A stretch of 64,000 nt of DNA from a virus, in the IMG/VR virus record IMGVR_UViG_3300049020_000031, positions 32,001 through 96,000 of that record; one strand, 5' to 3'. The position numbers were made by a program, and so were the translations under genes. Positions within the stretch are counted from its first letter, which is position 1, and the number at the start of each line of letters is the position of its first letter. A model generated the notes under the pieces. That model did no database searches and was not told where the DNA came from. It was given only the letters and a program-made list of their open reading frames with translations. Shown here piece by piece: positions 46,946 to 56,431 of the stretch.

Positions 46946-47650
46946 CTATAATTTCGTCAGATTGTTTGGATTACCCAATTCCACCCAGGTCTTAATCGCT
47001 TCCCTGGCTTCGTCACCAGTAATCCGTTGCTCTCTGGCTTTCACATAATTGAATAGAGCGTTGTAATATCTACCCCAACCAATATGTGGAATTCCACTCT
47101 TGAATTCATATCCATTGGTGATAAAGTTTCCCAAGCTGATGCTTCTCTCAACCGTGGTCTTTCCGGATTCCATCAGAGTCTTCTGAACTTGCTCACCAGT
47201 CATCATAAAGCCCGTGATATAACAATTGTGTTGCTTACTCATCAACACGTAGGCAGTTTCTTGTTTGTGATGTTCGTTCTGGGTTGTGGCGTAAACTCGA
47301 TACTTGGCGTTGTAGGCCTGATTCAAACTGGTGTCGCTCGCACCATAAAGCAAAGCGGTTCCACTGGTCCCGAAGTGTATCTGTGAAGCATCCATGAATG
47401 CCAGTTTGAGCTCATGGTAATTGCCCTTGGTGTCAACACAATCGTCACCACTGCCCTGATCTAAAGCAACTGAATGCATGTAGGCAGCGGCAATCCAATC
47501 GTTACCACGACGGAACATTTCCGGATTCTGCACCAGTTTGTTCTTGGTGGTATTGTAGAGTCGAACTCTACTGTAGTCATAGCTCAGCAACCAGTCCTGC
47601 ATAAACTCAGTTTGTTGAGCAACATATGATTTGATCGAATTGAAATCCAT
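46946..47650 (-). CDS. hypothetical protein, possible PD-(D/E)XK nuclease
   Basis: GDDCVDTKGNYHELK. Confidence 0.45.
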   Translation of the reverse strand: MDFNSIKSYVAQQTEFMQDWLLSYDYSRVRLYNTTKNKLVQNPEMFRRGNDWIAAAYMHSVALDQGSGDDCVDTKGNYHELKLAFMDASQIHFGTSGTALLYGASDTSLNQAYNAKYRVYATTQNEHHKQETAYVLMSKQHNCYITGFMMTGEQVQKTLMESGKTTVERSISLGNFITNGYEFKSGIPHIGWGRYYNALFNYVKAREQRITGDEAREAIKTWVELGNPNNLTKL

Positions 47651-48210
47651 TACAGGTTACCAAACTTGCAGGCGAAATACAATCTGTGTTGTTCTCTGAT
47701 AAGATCATCCACCTTCTCATCCAATGCAACACCCCAATCGGAATCTGGCTTGAAACCATATTCAATCTTGTCTTCGCGAGTTTCGATAGTCTTAGTGACG
47801 CCCAGGGGTTTTGGTTTCAAGAACTCCTCCAGATCGAAATCAAAAGTCATCACATTACCATCAACACTCATGAGAGCATCGTATTTTATCGCTTTGATTT
47901 GATCATCCACTGGTACTTGGATTACCTGGGTGTTTAGGAACAGCTGAACTCTTCCTTTTTGTGATGCCGGAACGGGGTTTGACATTGCATTTCTGGAGTT
48001 AAGAAATGTCAATGTGTAGAGCGTTCCTTTCTTCTTTACCATCACATGTCGGGGCTTTTCCAATCCCAAGTGGTCGACTACTGACTGAGTCATATTGATG
48101 CAAATCTTCTTTTCAGAACCTGATCCTTGGGTTCGATAGCTTATCGAAATCACTGCCGGGATTGTTATTGGGGACGCGGGTGCGATTGAAGTTGCCTGTA
48201 ATGCTTGCAT
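47650..48210 (-). CDS. hypothetical protein
   Basis: AAGGTG RBS; coupled to the downstream gene. Confidence 0.6.
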   Translation of the reverse strand: MQALQATSIAPASPITIPAVISISYRTQGSGSEKKICINMTQSVVDHLGLEKPRHVMVKKKGTLYTLTFLNSRNAMSNPVPASQKGRVQLFLNTQVIQVPVDDQIKAIKYDALMSVDGNVMTFDFDLEEFLKPKPLGVTKTIETREDKIEYGFKPDSDWGVALDEKVDDLIREQHRLYFACKFGNL

Positions 48211-48308
48211 AATTCACCTTTTCTAATTGTTACTTATCAGTTACAATTTTGCAATATTGCAGACTTGATGCCTCGGTAACTAGAATGGCAACCAGTAAGG
48301 GGAAAATT

Positions 48309-48779
48309 ATGCAAGACAAAACACCAGCGACTCCATCAAATATCAAATCGCTTTCCGAACAATACAAGGAAATGTGTCAAGATGATATGAAACGAATGGC
48401 TCAGATCAGAGATCCATATACTCTTGGCACTATTATTGGCAATGGTTCACATAATAAGTTGCCAACCCAGAGCGGGATGTCCAATTCTTCTATTGGAACC
48501 AACGTCACGTCTGGTTCCCCTAAGCTTCAGGGAACTATCAAATCATACACAAATAGTCAGAATGGAATTTCGTGGTCTGATAGCGGCACATATCTTTCTG
48601 AATCAGAACTCACCCAAGTGAAAAAGGATCTGGCTGCAATCAAGAAAAGACTGATGATTCTTGAACCCAATCTACAGAAGATGGAAAAGTTCCAAGCCCT
48701 CAAGGATGCATACGAGCATTATCTATGCATGGAGAAGCTGTGTGATGAGGATATGCCAGGCGCACAAGGTGGCACCTGA
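48309..48779 (+). CDS. hypothetical protein with C-terminal coiled coil
   Basis: AAGGGG RBS before MQDKTP. Confidence 0.6.
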   Translation: MQDKTPATPSNIKSLSEQYKEMCQDDMKRMAQIRDPYTLGTIIGNGSHNKLPTQSGMSNSSIGTNVTSGSPKLQGTIKSYTNSQNGISWSDSGTYLSESELTQVKKDLAAIKKRLMILEPNLQKMEKFQALKDAYEHYLCMEKLCDEDMPGAQGGT

Positions 48780-48788
48780 TATCAGAAT

Positions 48789-49154
48789 TTATTTGAGCTT
48801 CTGATTAGAATTGGTTCCTTGGACCGCTGATAACCCTGCGGCACAGATCGCGGCAGGAAGTGTGTTGCCATAACTGGCCAGGTATGAACGGCCATCATCT
48901 CTGGAGAAACTGGCTACCCATTGATATTCCCCATTCACTTGTTTATTTCTTGCGGCAAGTGAAAATCCATGTTTTTTCAACATCTCGACTATGAGTTGAG
49001 CCGTTTCCGTATCAGTACTGTATTGTGGTACTGGTAGGGGTTTTCTGTCCAAACCCATAATGTAGCTTTCATTCAGCTGGGTGTCTATGATAACCACATA
49101 TCCAAAGATATTCCTAGCTACCCTACTATCAAGTTCTGAACCTGCTATTTCCAT
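48789..49154 (-). CDS. phage ABA-sandwich (BC1872-like) protein
   Basis: ELDSRVA...PQYSTD...A..IVE...PAAICAAGL. Confidence 0.65.
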   Translation of the reverse strand: MEIAGSELDSRVARNIFGYVVIIDTQLNESYIMGLDRKPLPVPQYSTDTETAQLIVEMLKKHGFSLAARNKQVNGEYQWVASFSRDDGRSYLASYGNTLPAAICAAGLSAVQGTNSNQKLK

Positions 49155-49232
49155 AAACTATCCTCGGTTTTTGCAGGTAGAAAACCCGCAGCCCTTTATT
49201 TAAGGTGCTGCGGGTGTGAATAACAATTCTGT

Positions 49233-49610
49233 TTAGTACGCGATGTATCGGAAGAGGTCGATTGCGTAACCGAAAGCGTGGAATGGAAGGAACAACAGGA
49301 ACAGAATGAAGTCTGTCAGATGCGAGGCACCGTTGTGAAACTTTTCAGCAACCCACGTACCAGGGAAAATCCACTGTGGGAGACCAAACACCAGCAGATA
49401 TACCAGGCCTAGCACCATGGGAACAATGCCACCGCTTGCGGTGGTCACTGATACGATCAGGCCCCACCAGGCAAATCCCACGAAAAACATACAGAAGAAG
49501 CAAACAAATGCGACGCCAAATGCGGCAATGAAAAGCAAAATAGCTAAAAACATTTCGTCCTCCCGTTGTTTCAATACACCAAGTATATATTCACTTGGTG
49601 ATTGAGTCAA
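49233..49610 (-). CDS. membrane protein
   Basis: several TM segments. Confidence 0.65.
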   Translation of the reverse strand: MTQSPSEYILGVLKQREDEMFLAILLFIAAFGVAFVCFFCMFFVGFAWWGLIVSVTTASGGIVPMVLGLVYLLVFGLPQWIFPGTWVAEKFHNGASHLTDFILFLLFLPFHAFGYAIDLFRYIAY

Positions 49611-49963
49611 GAGGTAGGTGATATTTTGTTTCTATTCTTCCAGGCAACGATTTTGTCTTTCAATCTGAGTACTCGAATTGTGGCAGAATTGAGATTCTTC
49701 ACCACAACCCAGGTAATCAAAAAAAGCATGGGTACTGAAAATGCACCATATAGAGCCATGATCGTATTTTCAACCCAATTATCGTAAGGGAGAAACACCA
49801 TCAGGGCGATAGCACCCATGAAGATAATGATGGCTGCAATAAAGATTCCAATGTTGGCATACAAGGGGCTGAACCTTCTCGCCCGTGCCCTAGGATCGTC
49901 TTCTGGGTACGTTGCCAATATTGTTTCCAATACTGTGGCTGCTAGCTTCCTTGTATCCGCCAT
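49607..49963 (-). CDS. membrane protein
   Basis: two TM segments. Confidence 0.65.
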   Translation of the reverse strand: MADTRKLAATVLETILATYPEDDPRARARRFSPLYANIGIFIAAIIIFMGAIALMVFLPYDNWVENTIMALYGAFSVPMLFLITWVVVKNLNSATIRVLRLKDKIVAWKNRNKISPTS

Positions 49964-49964
49964 A

Positions 49965-50492
49965 TCACACCTTGACTGGTTTTGGAGCGGCCGGTGCGAT
50001 CAGTAGGGTAATTTCCCTACCGCCGTCACTGGCTGGTTTTTCCATTTTGATATCACCGAGTTCGGCAATGAAATCACGGATTACTACATGACCCAACTCT
50101 TTATTCGCCACTTCACGACCTCGGAAGCGCAGAACAACCTTGACCTTGTCACCTTCAGCTAGGAATTCCTTCGCTTTTCGCGCCTTGATCTTGAGATCGT
50201 TTGTATCGATACTCACGCGAAGCTGGACTTCTTTGATGACGACCATGGCTTCGCGTTGTTTCTTTTCTGCCGCCTTTTGTTGCTTTTTCTGTTCGTAGAA
50301 GAACTTATTAGCATCCACCACCCGGCAAACTGGTGGATTCGCATCCGCGATCTTAACCAGATCAAGATCCAAATTCTTGGCATACGCCAAAGCAGATCTG
50401 AGATCCATGATTCCCTTTTGTTCATTGTTCTCATCGAGAACTCTGACGTTATATGCACGAATGCGTTCGTTTACTTCCGACTTAAAAGTCAC
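49965..50492 (-). CDS. infC: translation initiation factor IF-3
   Basis: NERIR...DLDLV...PPVCR...KEVQLR...FL..GDKVKV.LRFRGRE; GTG start after AAGGA. Confidence 0.92.
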   Translation of the reverse strand: MTFKSEVNERIRAYNVRVLDENNEQKGIMDLRSALAYAKNLDLDLVKIADANPPVCRVVDANKFFYEQKKQQKAAEKKQREAMVVIKEVQLRVSIDTNDLKIKARKAKEFLAEGDKVKVVLRFRGREVANKELGHVVIRDFIAELGDIKMEKPASDGGREITLLIAPAAPKPVKV

Positions 50493-50503
50493 AAAGACTA
50501 TCC

Positions 50504-51760
50504 TTAAAGAGCGATTGTTTTAATTGCATCGCCATAGATGACTGTTGGCTCTTCATCATTGGCAAATGTTTCCTTGGTCACGATAACCTTCGTTGCACCG
50601 GCTTCACGGTAGTCAATAAGGTTGAACTGCGTTTTGATCAATTTGTTTTCGATCACGCTACGAAGTCCCCGAGCGCCTGTTTTACGGTCTTTGGCGATTC
50701 TTGCGACTTCTTCCAAGGCGCCATCTTCAAATACCAGTTCCACTCCTTCAATTGAGAAGAGCTTCACGAATTGCTTTATAACTGCATTCTTTGGTTCTGT
50801 CAACACACGCACTAGTTGAGCTGCTGTAAGTTCTTCCAATGGTGCAGATACGGGCAAACGACCAATAAGTTCCGGGATGATACCAAATTGGATCAAGTGT
50901 TCAGGTTTGGCATGACGAAGCAAATCATCAATCGGCTTTGACTTGTCCATGACCTTGGAATTGAATCCCAAGCCCGCGTCTTTATTCAAACTCTTCTCAA
51001 CAACTTTGTCGAGGCCCACGAATGCACCACCAACGATGAACAGAATATTACGAGTATTGATTTTCACCAGATCAGCCTGTGGGCTCTTTTTCCCGCCAGC
51101 TGATGGAACCATGATGTCCGAGCCTTCGAGAATTTTCAACAGAGCTTGTTGAACGCCTTCACCAGACACGTCCTTGTTACCACCGCCACCCTCTTTCTTC
51201 TGCTTCTTGTCGATTTCATCCAGATAGATGATACCGCGTTCTGCCTTGGAAACATCACCACCAGCATTTTGGAGCAGTTTTGATACGATGCTTTCAACGT
51301 CATCGCCAACATATCCAGCTTCAGTCAATGAAGTGGCATCAGCAATTACGAATGGAACATCCAGATATCTGGCGATCGTTTGGGCGATGAGAGTTTTGCC
51401 ACTACCCGTGGGGCCGAAAATCAGAATGTTACTCTTCTCGATTTCAACTCCATCTACAACTGGATGGGCCAGTCTCTTGTAGTGATTGCTTACTGCGACG
51501 CTGACTACCATCTTGGTATAGTCTTGGCCGATAATGTATTGGTCTAGAAATTCTTTGATTTTTGTAGGATTGGGAATTGCTTCGTGTTCTTGAGGTTCTT
51601 CTTGTGGCTTATCCAAAGGAGATTCTGTGGACAAGATTGAGTGACACAAGCCCACACACTCATCACAAATGTAGACATTTGGACCAGCGATGAGCTTCTT
51701 AACTTCATTTGCACTTTTGCTGCAAAAGGAGCAATAAAGTTTCTTTTCTGTTTCTGACAT
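50504..51760 (-). CDS. clpX: ClpX AAA+ unfoldase
   Basis: CSFC...CDEC zinc domain, GPTGSGKT, TEAGYVG, DEIDK, DVSGEGVQQALLK, GARGLR. Confidence 0.95.
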   Translation of the reverse strand: MSETEKKLYCSFCSKSANEVKKLIAGPNVYICDECVGLCHSILSTESPLDKPQEEPQEHEAIPNPTKIKEFLDQYIIGQDYTKMVVSVAVSNHYKRLAHPVVDGVEIEKSNILIFGPTGSGKTLIAQTIARYLDVPFVIADATSLTEAGYVGDDVESIVSKLLQNAGGDVSKAERGIIYLDEIDKKQKKEGGGGNKDVSGEGVQQALLKILEGSDIMVPSAGGKKSPQADLVKINTRNILFIVGGAFVGLDKVVEKSLNKDAGLGFNSKVMDKSKPIDDLLRHAKPEHLIQFGIIPELIGRLPVSAPLEELTAAQLVRVLTEPKNAVIKQFVKLFSIEGVELVFEDGALEEVARIAKDRKTGARGLRSVIENKLIKTQFNLIDYREAGATKVIVTKETFANDEEPTVIYGDAIKTIAL

Positions 51761-51796
51761 GTAAGCTCCTTGTACCTATCAACTAACGCTTGATAT

Positions 51797-53080
51797 TTAT
51801 TTGGTTCGATCACTCTTAGCGTTAGCTAACCAAGTATTGGCTGAGCGGATGTTTGACTCAATTTGTTCTTGCGGAACGTTGGAAATAAGCGAATCAGCAT
51901 TTCGTTCTTTACCATCCGCTTCAATCATTTCACTGATTGGTAGAACCATCTTCTTCTTGGAGTCATCCATCACTACATCGATCACATCATTCAACAGGTC
52001 TGGGCGCCTCTCCAGAATCTCAACAAGCTCTTTGGCGTCTTGATTGATGGGAGTTTTGCCGTCTTCTTGGTACAGAGCTGCTACTTTCTGCAATTCCTTC
52101 TGATAGGGATTCTTCCGCTTATATTGTCTCTTTGGCTTCGTGGGCGTGGGTTCTTCAACCGGTGGCTCTTCGACTACAGGTTCGACAACTTCTTCAGGTT
52201 GGGTTTCGACCTCAGGCTCAACAATCAGTTCCTCCTGAATAACTGGTTCAGCCAGAGGTTCAGCAATCGGAGCGGTGATTGGTTCGATGATAGGCTCAAC
52301 AACTGGTGGTGTTGGCTCCTGATTCTTTTTGCGACTGTCCCTCCAATCCGAGAGGGTGATGAAACCACTCAACATCATAATCACGGCCAGCGGGTCGAAT
52401 GAAAACATAATCATGAGAATCAGCATTCTCACTGCGGCGCCAGTGTCCTGCCATCCAAACAGTTCTGCGACAAACTTGATTGGGCCCAACTTGGCAGTCA
52501 CATCGCTTGACTTCATCTTCAAAGGCAAAAGTTCAGAATTCAATGAATTGATCTTCTCATTGTTGGCCTTCATTTCCTTTTCGATATCACGACGTTCTGC
52601 CTGTTGTGTTCTTCTAACTTGGTTGGCTCGGTCAGCTTTGTCACCCTTGAGGAAGGAGTTGATATTGGCATCCAGTTGATCTAATCTGGATTGGAGTCTC
52701 GTATTGTCATTGCTAACTTGTGCAATGGATTGCTCTTTCTGAGCGACTTGAAGGGCTATACCCTCTATCGGGGCAGCATGCTCCAGATGGCTTTTTGCCA
52801 AGAAACCGTAGATACCAAAGGCAGTCACGATCATGAGTACCACAACTGCGGTAATCATGTATGCCTTATGAGCTATTGATACTTTCTTGTTGGTCCAGTT
52901 ACTCTTGAGCCATTGAGCTGCTACCAATTTACCAACTTCCAAGGTGGTAAACAGAATGTAACCGATGATGGGAGATGCTGCGAAAATTGCAACCATACCG
53001 TCAACCGAGACGTAGGCTGCGACTGCTGAAATTGCGAAAGCTGTGAGTAGAACTATGATGCCAGATATTAGTTGTGTCAT
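51797..53080 (-). CDS. multi-pass membrane protein with coiled coil and Pro/Glu-rich tail
   Basis: three N-terminal TMs, GIYGFLAKSH, GPIKFVAE, FDPLAV. Confidence 0.75.
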   Translation of the reverse strand: MTQLISGIIVLLTAFAISAVAAYVSVDGMVAIFAASPIIGYILFTTLEVGKLVAAQWLKSNWTNKKVSIAHKAYMITAVVVLMIVTAFGIYGFLAKSHLEHAAPIEGIALQVAQKEQSIAQVSNDNTRLQSRLDQLDANINSFLKGDKADRANQVRRTQQAERRDIEKEMKANNEKINSLNSELLPLKMKSSDVTAKLGPIKFVAELFGWQDTGAAVRMLILMIMFSFDPLAVIMMLSGFITLSDWRDSRKKNQEPTPPVVEPIIEPITAPIAEPLAEPVIQEELIVEPEVETQPEEVVEPVVEEPPVEEPTPTKPKRQYKRKNPYQKELQKVAALYQEDGKTPINQDAKELVEILERRPDLLNDVIDVVMDDSKKKMVLPISEMIEADGKERNADSLISNVPQEQIESNIRSANTWLANAKSDRTK

Positions 53081-53149
53081 GATGTTTGTATTTGATGGTA
53101 CGAATCCACCCGATTAGCCAGTTTACTGGCTAGGCGGGTTGAATTCAAA

Positions 53150-53632
53150 TTAGAGTTCAGTTATGGTGATGAGTGATTCGGCGGCGTCCGCATCTGCTGC
53201 CAAAGGAGCAATCGTCAGAAGAGCAACAGAAGCCAATTTGGTTGCATGATAATAATCAACGGTGGCTTCTCTGGGTGCGGAGATGGCCTCGGCGATAAGA
53301 CGTTTCAAAGCGTCAACACCTTCCAGACGTTCCTCATCCCTGATGATCGCTAGTGATTCTTCGCTCACAAAGGTCATATTCATGTTGAATTCCGACCCTT
53401 CGTCAGCCTCAGATGCACCATCCGCAACGATATTATCAACAGTGGGATTGGATACTAGACCAACACCCATGATGATGGCGTTGTATCTGATGTTGGCTCT
53501 CTTCTTCGCGATGGCCTGATCGACTGTTATTTCTTCTGGTGTGTATTGTTCAATTCGCTTGTTATCAATAAATCCATTGGCATTTCCGGTAAGACCGGGG
53601 TTTGAGATTGATACTGAGTATGATTTTGTCAT
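53150..53632 (-). CDS. late hypothetical, possibly virion protein
   Basis: CATAAATA at 53655-53662; AGGAG RBS. Confidence 0.7.
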   Translation of the reverse strand: MTKSYSVSISNPGLTGNANGFIDNKRIEQYTPEEITVDQAIAKKRANIRYNAIIMGVGLVSNPTVDNIVADGASEADEGSEFNMNMTFVSEESLAIIRDEERLEGVDALKRLIAEAISAPREATVDYYHATKLASVALLTIAPLAADADAAESLITITEL

Positions 53633-53783
53633 AGGTGACTCCTGTTATTCGTGATATTTATGAAGATAAGGTACCAGTTAATAAATCCTCTGTGACTTGA
53701 TTTGCTACAAACTTTCATGACACTTATAATCAAACCAAGTTCGTCTACTAATCATATCGAACAAACATAACCATTCAATACAA

Positions 53784-55643
53784 ATGAGCGAAGAAATCAT
53801 CAAACTGTCAGACTGGCAACACACAAGGTTGCGTCTAGAAATGTATTACGGGTCACGAGACCCCCACACTCAGATCGTTCTGACTTACCCCGAAGGTTCA
53901 CCAGAACCACAAGAAGTAACTTGGGTTCCTGCCGTATTCACTGCATTCCGGGAAATCCTGGACAATGCTCTGGATGAAGTTGCCGGACATGGCCACGGTG
54001 ATCGTATCGATGTCACCTATGACCCCGACACTATGACATTCAGCGTGCAGGACAATGGTCGTGGTATCCCAATCACCTTCTCAAAGGAACACAACACTTA
54101 CATGGCTACTATGGCTCTGAGTCAAGCTCGAGCTGGTCGTAACTTCAAGGAACGTGGTCAAGTAGCTGGTACCAATGGTATCGGGGCTTCGGGTGTGAAC
54201 TTCTGTTCTGAATACTTCAACCTGGAAGTGGAACGTGATGGTCAATACTTTCTGCAAAAGTTCCGTGAAGGAACGGATTCTCTGATCATCGAAGATGCAA
54301 TTCTCAAGAAGAAAGCCGCGGCAAAGAATGGTACCAAGGTAACATTTAAGCTGTCACCCAAAGTGTTCCGTGATATGACGTTGCCATTGGACTTCTTGAA
54401 GTCCCGCATTTATGAAGTAGCGTTGTGCAACCCCAAGCTGAAGCTGTTTTTTAATGGTGAAAAGATCACAGCAAAGTCCGTGGAGAAAAGCCTGTTTGCT
54501 GGCATGAAGCCAATTCATGTTCAAGTTCAGGAAGGTACGTTCAATTCCAACTTTTGGATGCTACCAGGATTCTTTGATTCCGGTGAACATCAACACTCGA
54601 TGGTAAACAACATCCCGGCATTTGACGGCGGTGTTCACATGGATGCATTCAAGCGTCACTTCTTTGGTGGCATGCTGGTTGCCCTGGAGCGTGAGAACAA
54701 GAAGCGCAAGTTGGTTCCTAATCGTTCCGACCTTGCGGAAGGCATCATGATCTTCAATATAACGACCATGGAGGCTCCGAACTTCAATAGTCAGAGCAAG
54801 ACACGCCTCAACAACGAAGAGACTGCCAAACACATCAAGGCTACGTTGGAGGATCCCGAATTCTTCAAGAACATTATCAAGAAGTATCCGGAATGGATTG
54901 AAGCTATCTATGAACGTTGTGCTGCCCGTACATTCAAGAAAGACGCAAGCGAAGCTGATAAAGAAGCCAAGAAAATGCTGCGTGAGAAGGTTCCAGGTCT
55001 CATGGACGCAACCGGCAAGGATCGCTCAAAGTGCATTCTGTTCCTAGCTGAAGGGCTTTCCGCTATCTCGGGTATGGCGTCTGTTCGTGATCCAGAAGTC
55101 CATGGTGGCTTGGGTCTGGGCGGTAAGGTGATGAACGTTCACGGCGCGTCGATCAAGGACGTCCTGGAAGACGGTGCATTGCGGGACATCATGAACAGTA
55201 TCGGCATTTCACCCACTAAGAAACTTGATCGCAAAGACATGCGATATGGTCAGATCTACATCGCCCATGACATGGATCCGGACGGATTGAACATTGGTGC
55301 GTTGCTGAATAACTTCTTCTACACGTATTGGCCAGAAATGTACGATCCGAATGAGGAGCCAATCGTTCACGTATTCATGACGCCATTCATTATCGCAGAG
55401 AAGGGCAAGCAAAGGAAGTATTGGTACTCTGATGACTATCAGGAATTCAATCCAGAGGATTACAAGGGTTGGAGTATCACTAGAGCCAAGGGTCTGGGAA
55501 CACTCACCAAGGAAGATTGGCAACATTCGATCGATCAACCCAAGCTGATGGCGCTTACTGATGATGGTAAGATGGAAGAAGCTCTTGATCTAATCTTCAA
55601 TGGTAAGAGGGCAGACGACCGTAAGCAGTGGATCGGTTTGTGA
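53784..55643 (+). CDS. type II DNA topoisomerase, ATPase/TOPRIM subunit (T4 gp39+60-like)
   Basis: EILDNALDE, DNGRGIP, GTNGIG, AEGLSA, DMDPDG, KGLG, RADDRKQW. Confidence 0.93.
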   Translation: MSEEIIKLSDWQHTRLRLEMYYGSRDPHTQIVLTYPEGSPEPQEVTWVPAVFTAFREILDNALDEVAGHGHGDRIDVTYDPDTMTFSVQDNGRGIPITFSKEHNTYMATMALSQARAGRNFKERGQVAGTNGIGASGVNFCSEYFNLEVERDGQYFLQKFREGTDSLIIEDAILKKKAAAKNGTKVTFKLSPKVFRDMTLPLDFLKSRIYEVALCNPKLKLFFNGEKITAKSVEKSLFAGMKPIHVQVQEGTFNSNFWMLPGFFDSGEHQHSMVNNIPAFDGGVHMDAFKRHFFGGMLVALERENKKRKLVPNRSDLAEGIMIFNITTMEAPNFNSQSKTRLNNEETAKHIKATLEDPEFFKNIIKKYPEWIEAIYERCAARTFKKDASEADKEAKKMLREKVPGLMDATGKDRSKCILFLAEGLSAISGMASVRDPEVHGGLGLGGKVMNVHGASIKDVLEDGALRDIMNSIGISPTKKLDRKDMRYGQIYIAHDMDPDGLNIGALLNNFFYTYWPEMYDPNEEPIVHVFMTPFIIAEKGKQRKYWYSDDYQEFNPEDYKGWSITRAKGLGTLTKEDWQHSIDQPKLMALTDDGKMEEALDLIFNGKRADDRKQWIGL

Positions 55644-55948
55644 TCACAAACCCATACGATCACGTTCATAAACTTTATAACGTGGTCCGTTCCAAGGAAT
55701 TCATGGAATCCCAGATAGGAGAGTTCGTGTGTTCCTTGGATCGATCCAAGGAAAGTCTGTATGCATCATCTAAAAATTCTACGATTTTGTTTATTCAACA
55801 ATTGCAGAGTTTTACCATTATGATGGCATCAAACAATCTGAACTTGAAGGATGCGGTCATTCGCATCGACCCCTTCAGTGGAAATCTGGAGGCTTATCGA
55901 GTAACCGATGATGAGATGGTTACTCTACGTCTTTTAGGAATCTTATGA
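55640..55948 (+). CDS. hypothetical protein, divergent FKL-like
   Basis: VTDDEMVTLRLLG; GTGA overlap. Confidence 0.5.
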   Translation: MITNPYDHVHKLYNVVRSKEFMESQIGEFVCSLDRSKESLYASSKNSTILFIQQLQSFTIMMASNNLNLKDAVIRIDPFSGNLEAYRVTDDEMVTLRLLGIL

Positions 55949-56379
55949 AGGTCACCGTCAATGAAGGCCACGAACAAGCAATAGAGCAAGCTCAGAAGAC
56001 TCTAGCCATCAATATGGCCAATGGGCATCATCCCTTTCAAATGTTGGAACAATTCAATATCAAGAATAGAGGACGAGCGTCAGTCTATGCATATCAGTTC
56101 CTAATCGCAACCGTAAGGATTCATATGCTGCAAAATCAAAGAGATTACGACGCATGTCAACTTGATATATTGGAGAATGCCAAACCCATGTGGGATTTCG
56201 CGGAGGCGAATCTCTCTGGGAGGTTCTTCATAACCATGGATATCGAACGGAAACTAAGTAGCTTTGGCTATAACTTGGGTCTCACTTTGAGGTTGGAAAA
56301 CCAGGATGACGCTGATCAAATTGGAGTCATGATGAAACTTGGTGGCGTGAGTGACAGAATCGATCTTAAATACCAGTAA
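55945..56379 (+). CDS. hypothetical protein, divergent FKL-like
   Basis: RLENQDDADQIGVMMKL. Confidence 0.5.
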   Translation: MKVTVNEGHEQAIEQAQKTLAINMANGHHPFQMLEQFNIKNRGRASVYAYQFLIATVRIHMLQNQRDYDACQLDILENAKPMWDFAEANLSGRFFITMDIERKLSSFGYNLGLTLRLENQDDADQIGVMMKLGGVSDRIDLKYQ

Positions 56380-56431
56380 TTGATAGACCACATCAATCAA
56401 CTATAATGAACCATTCAACAACAATAAGAAA

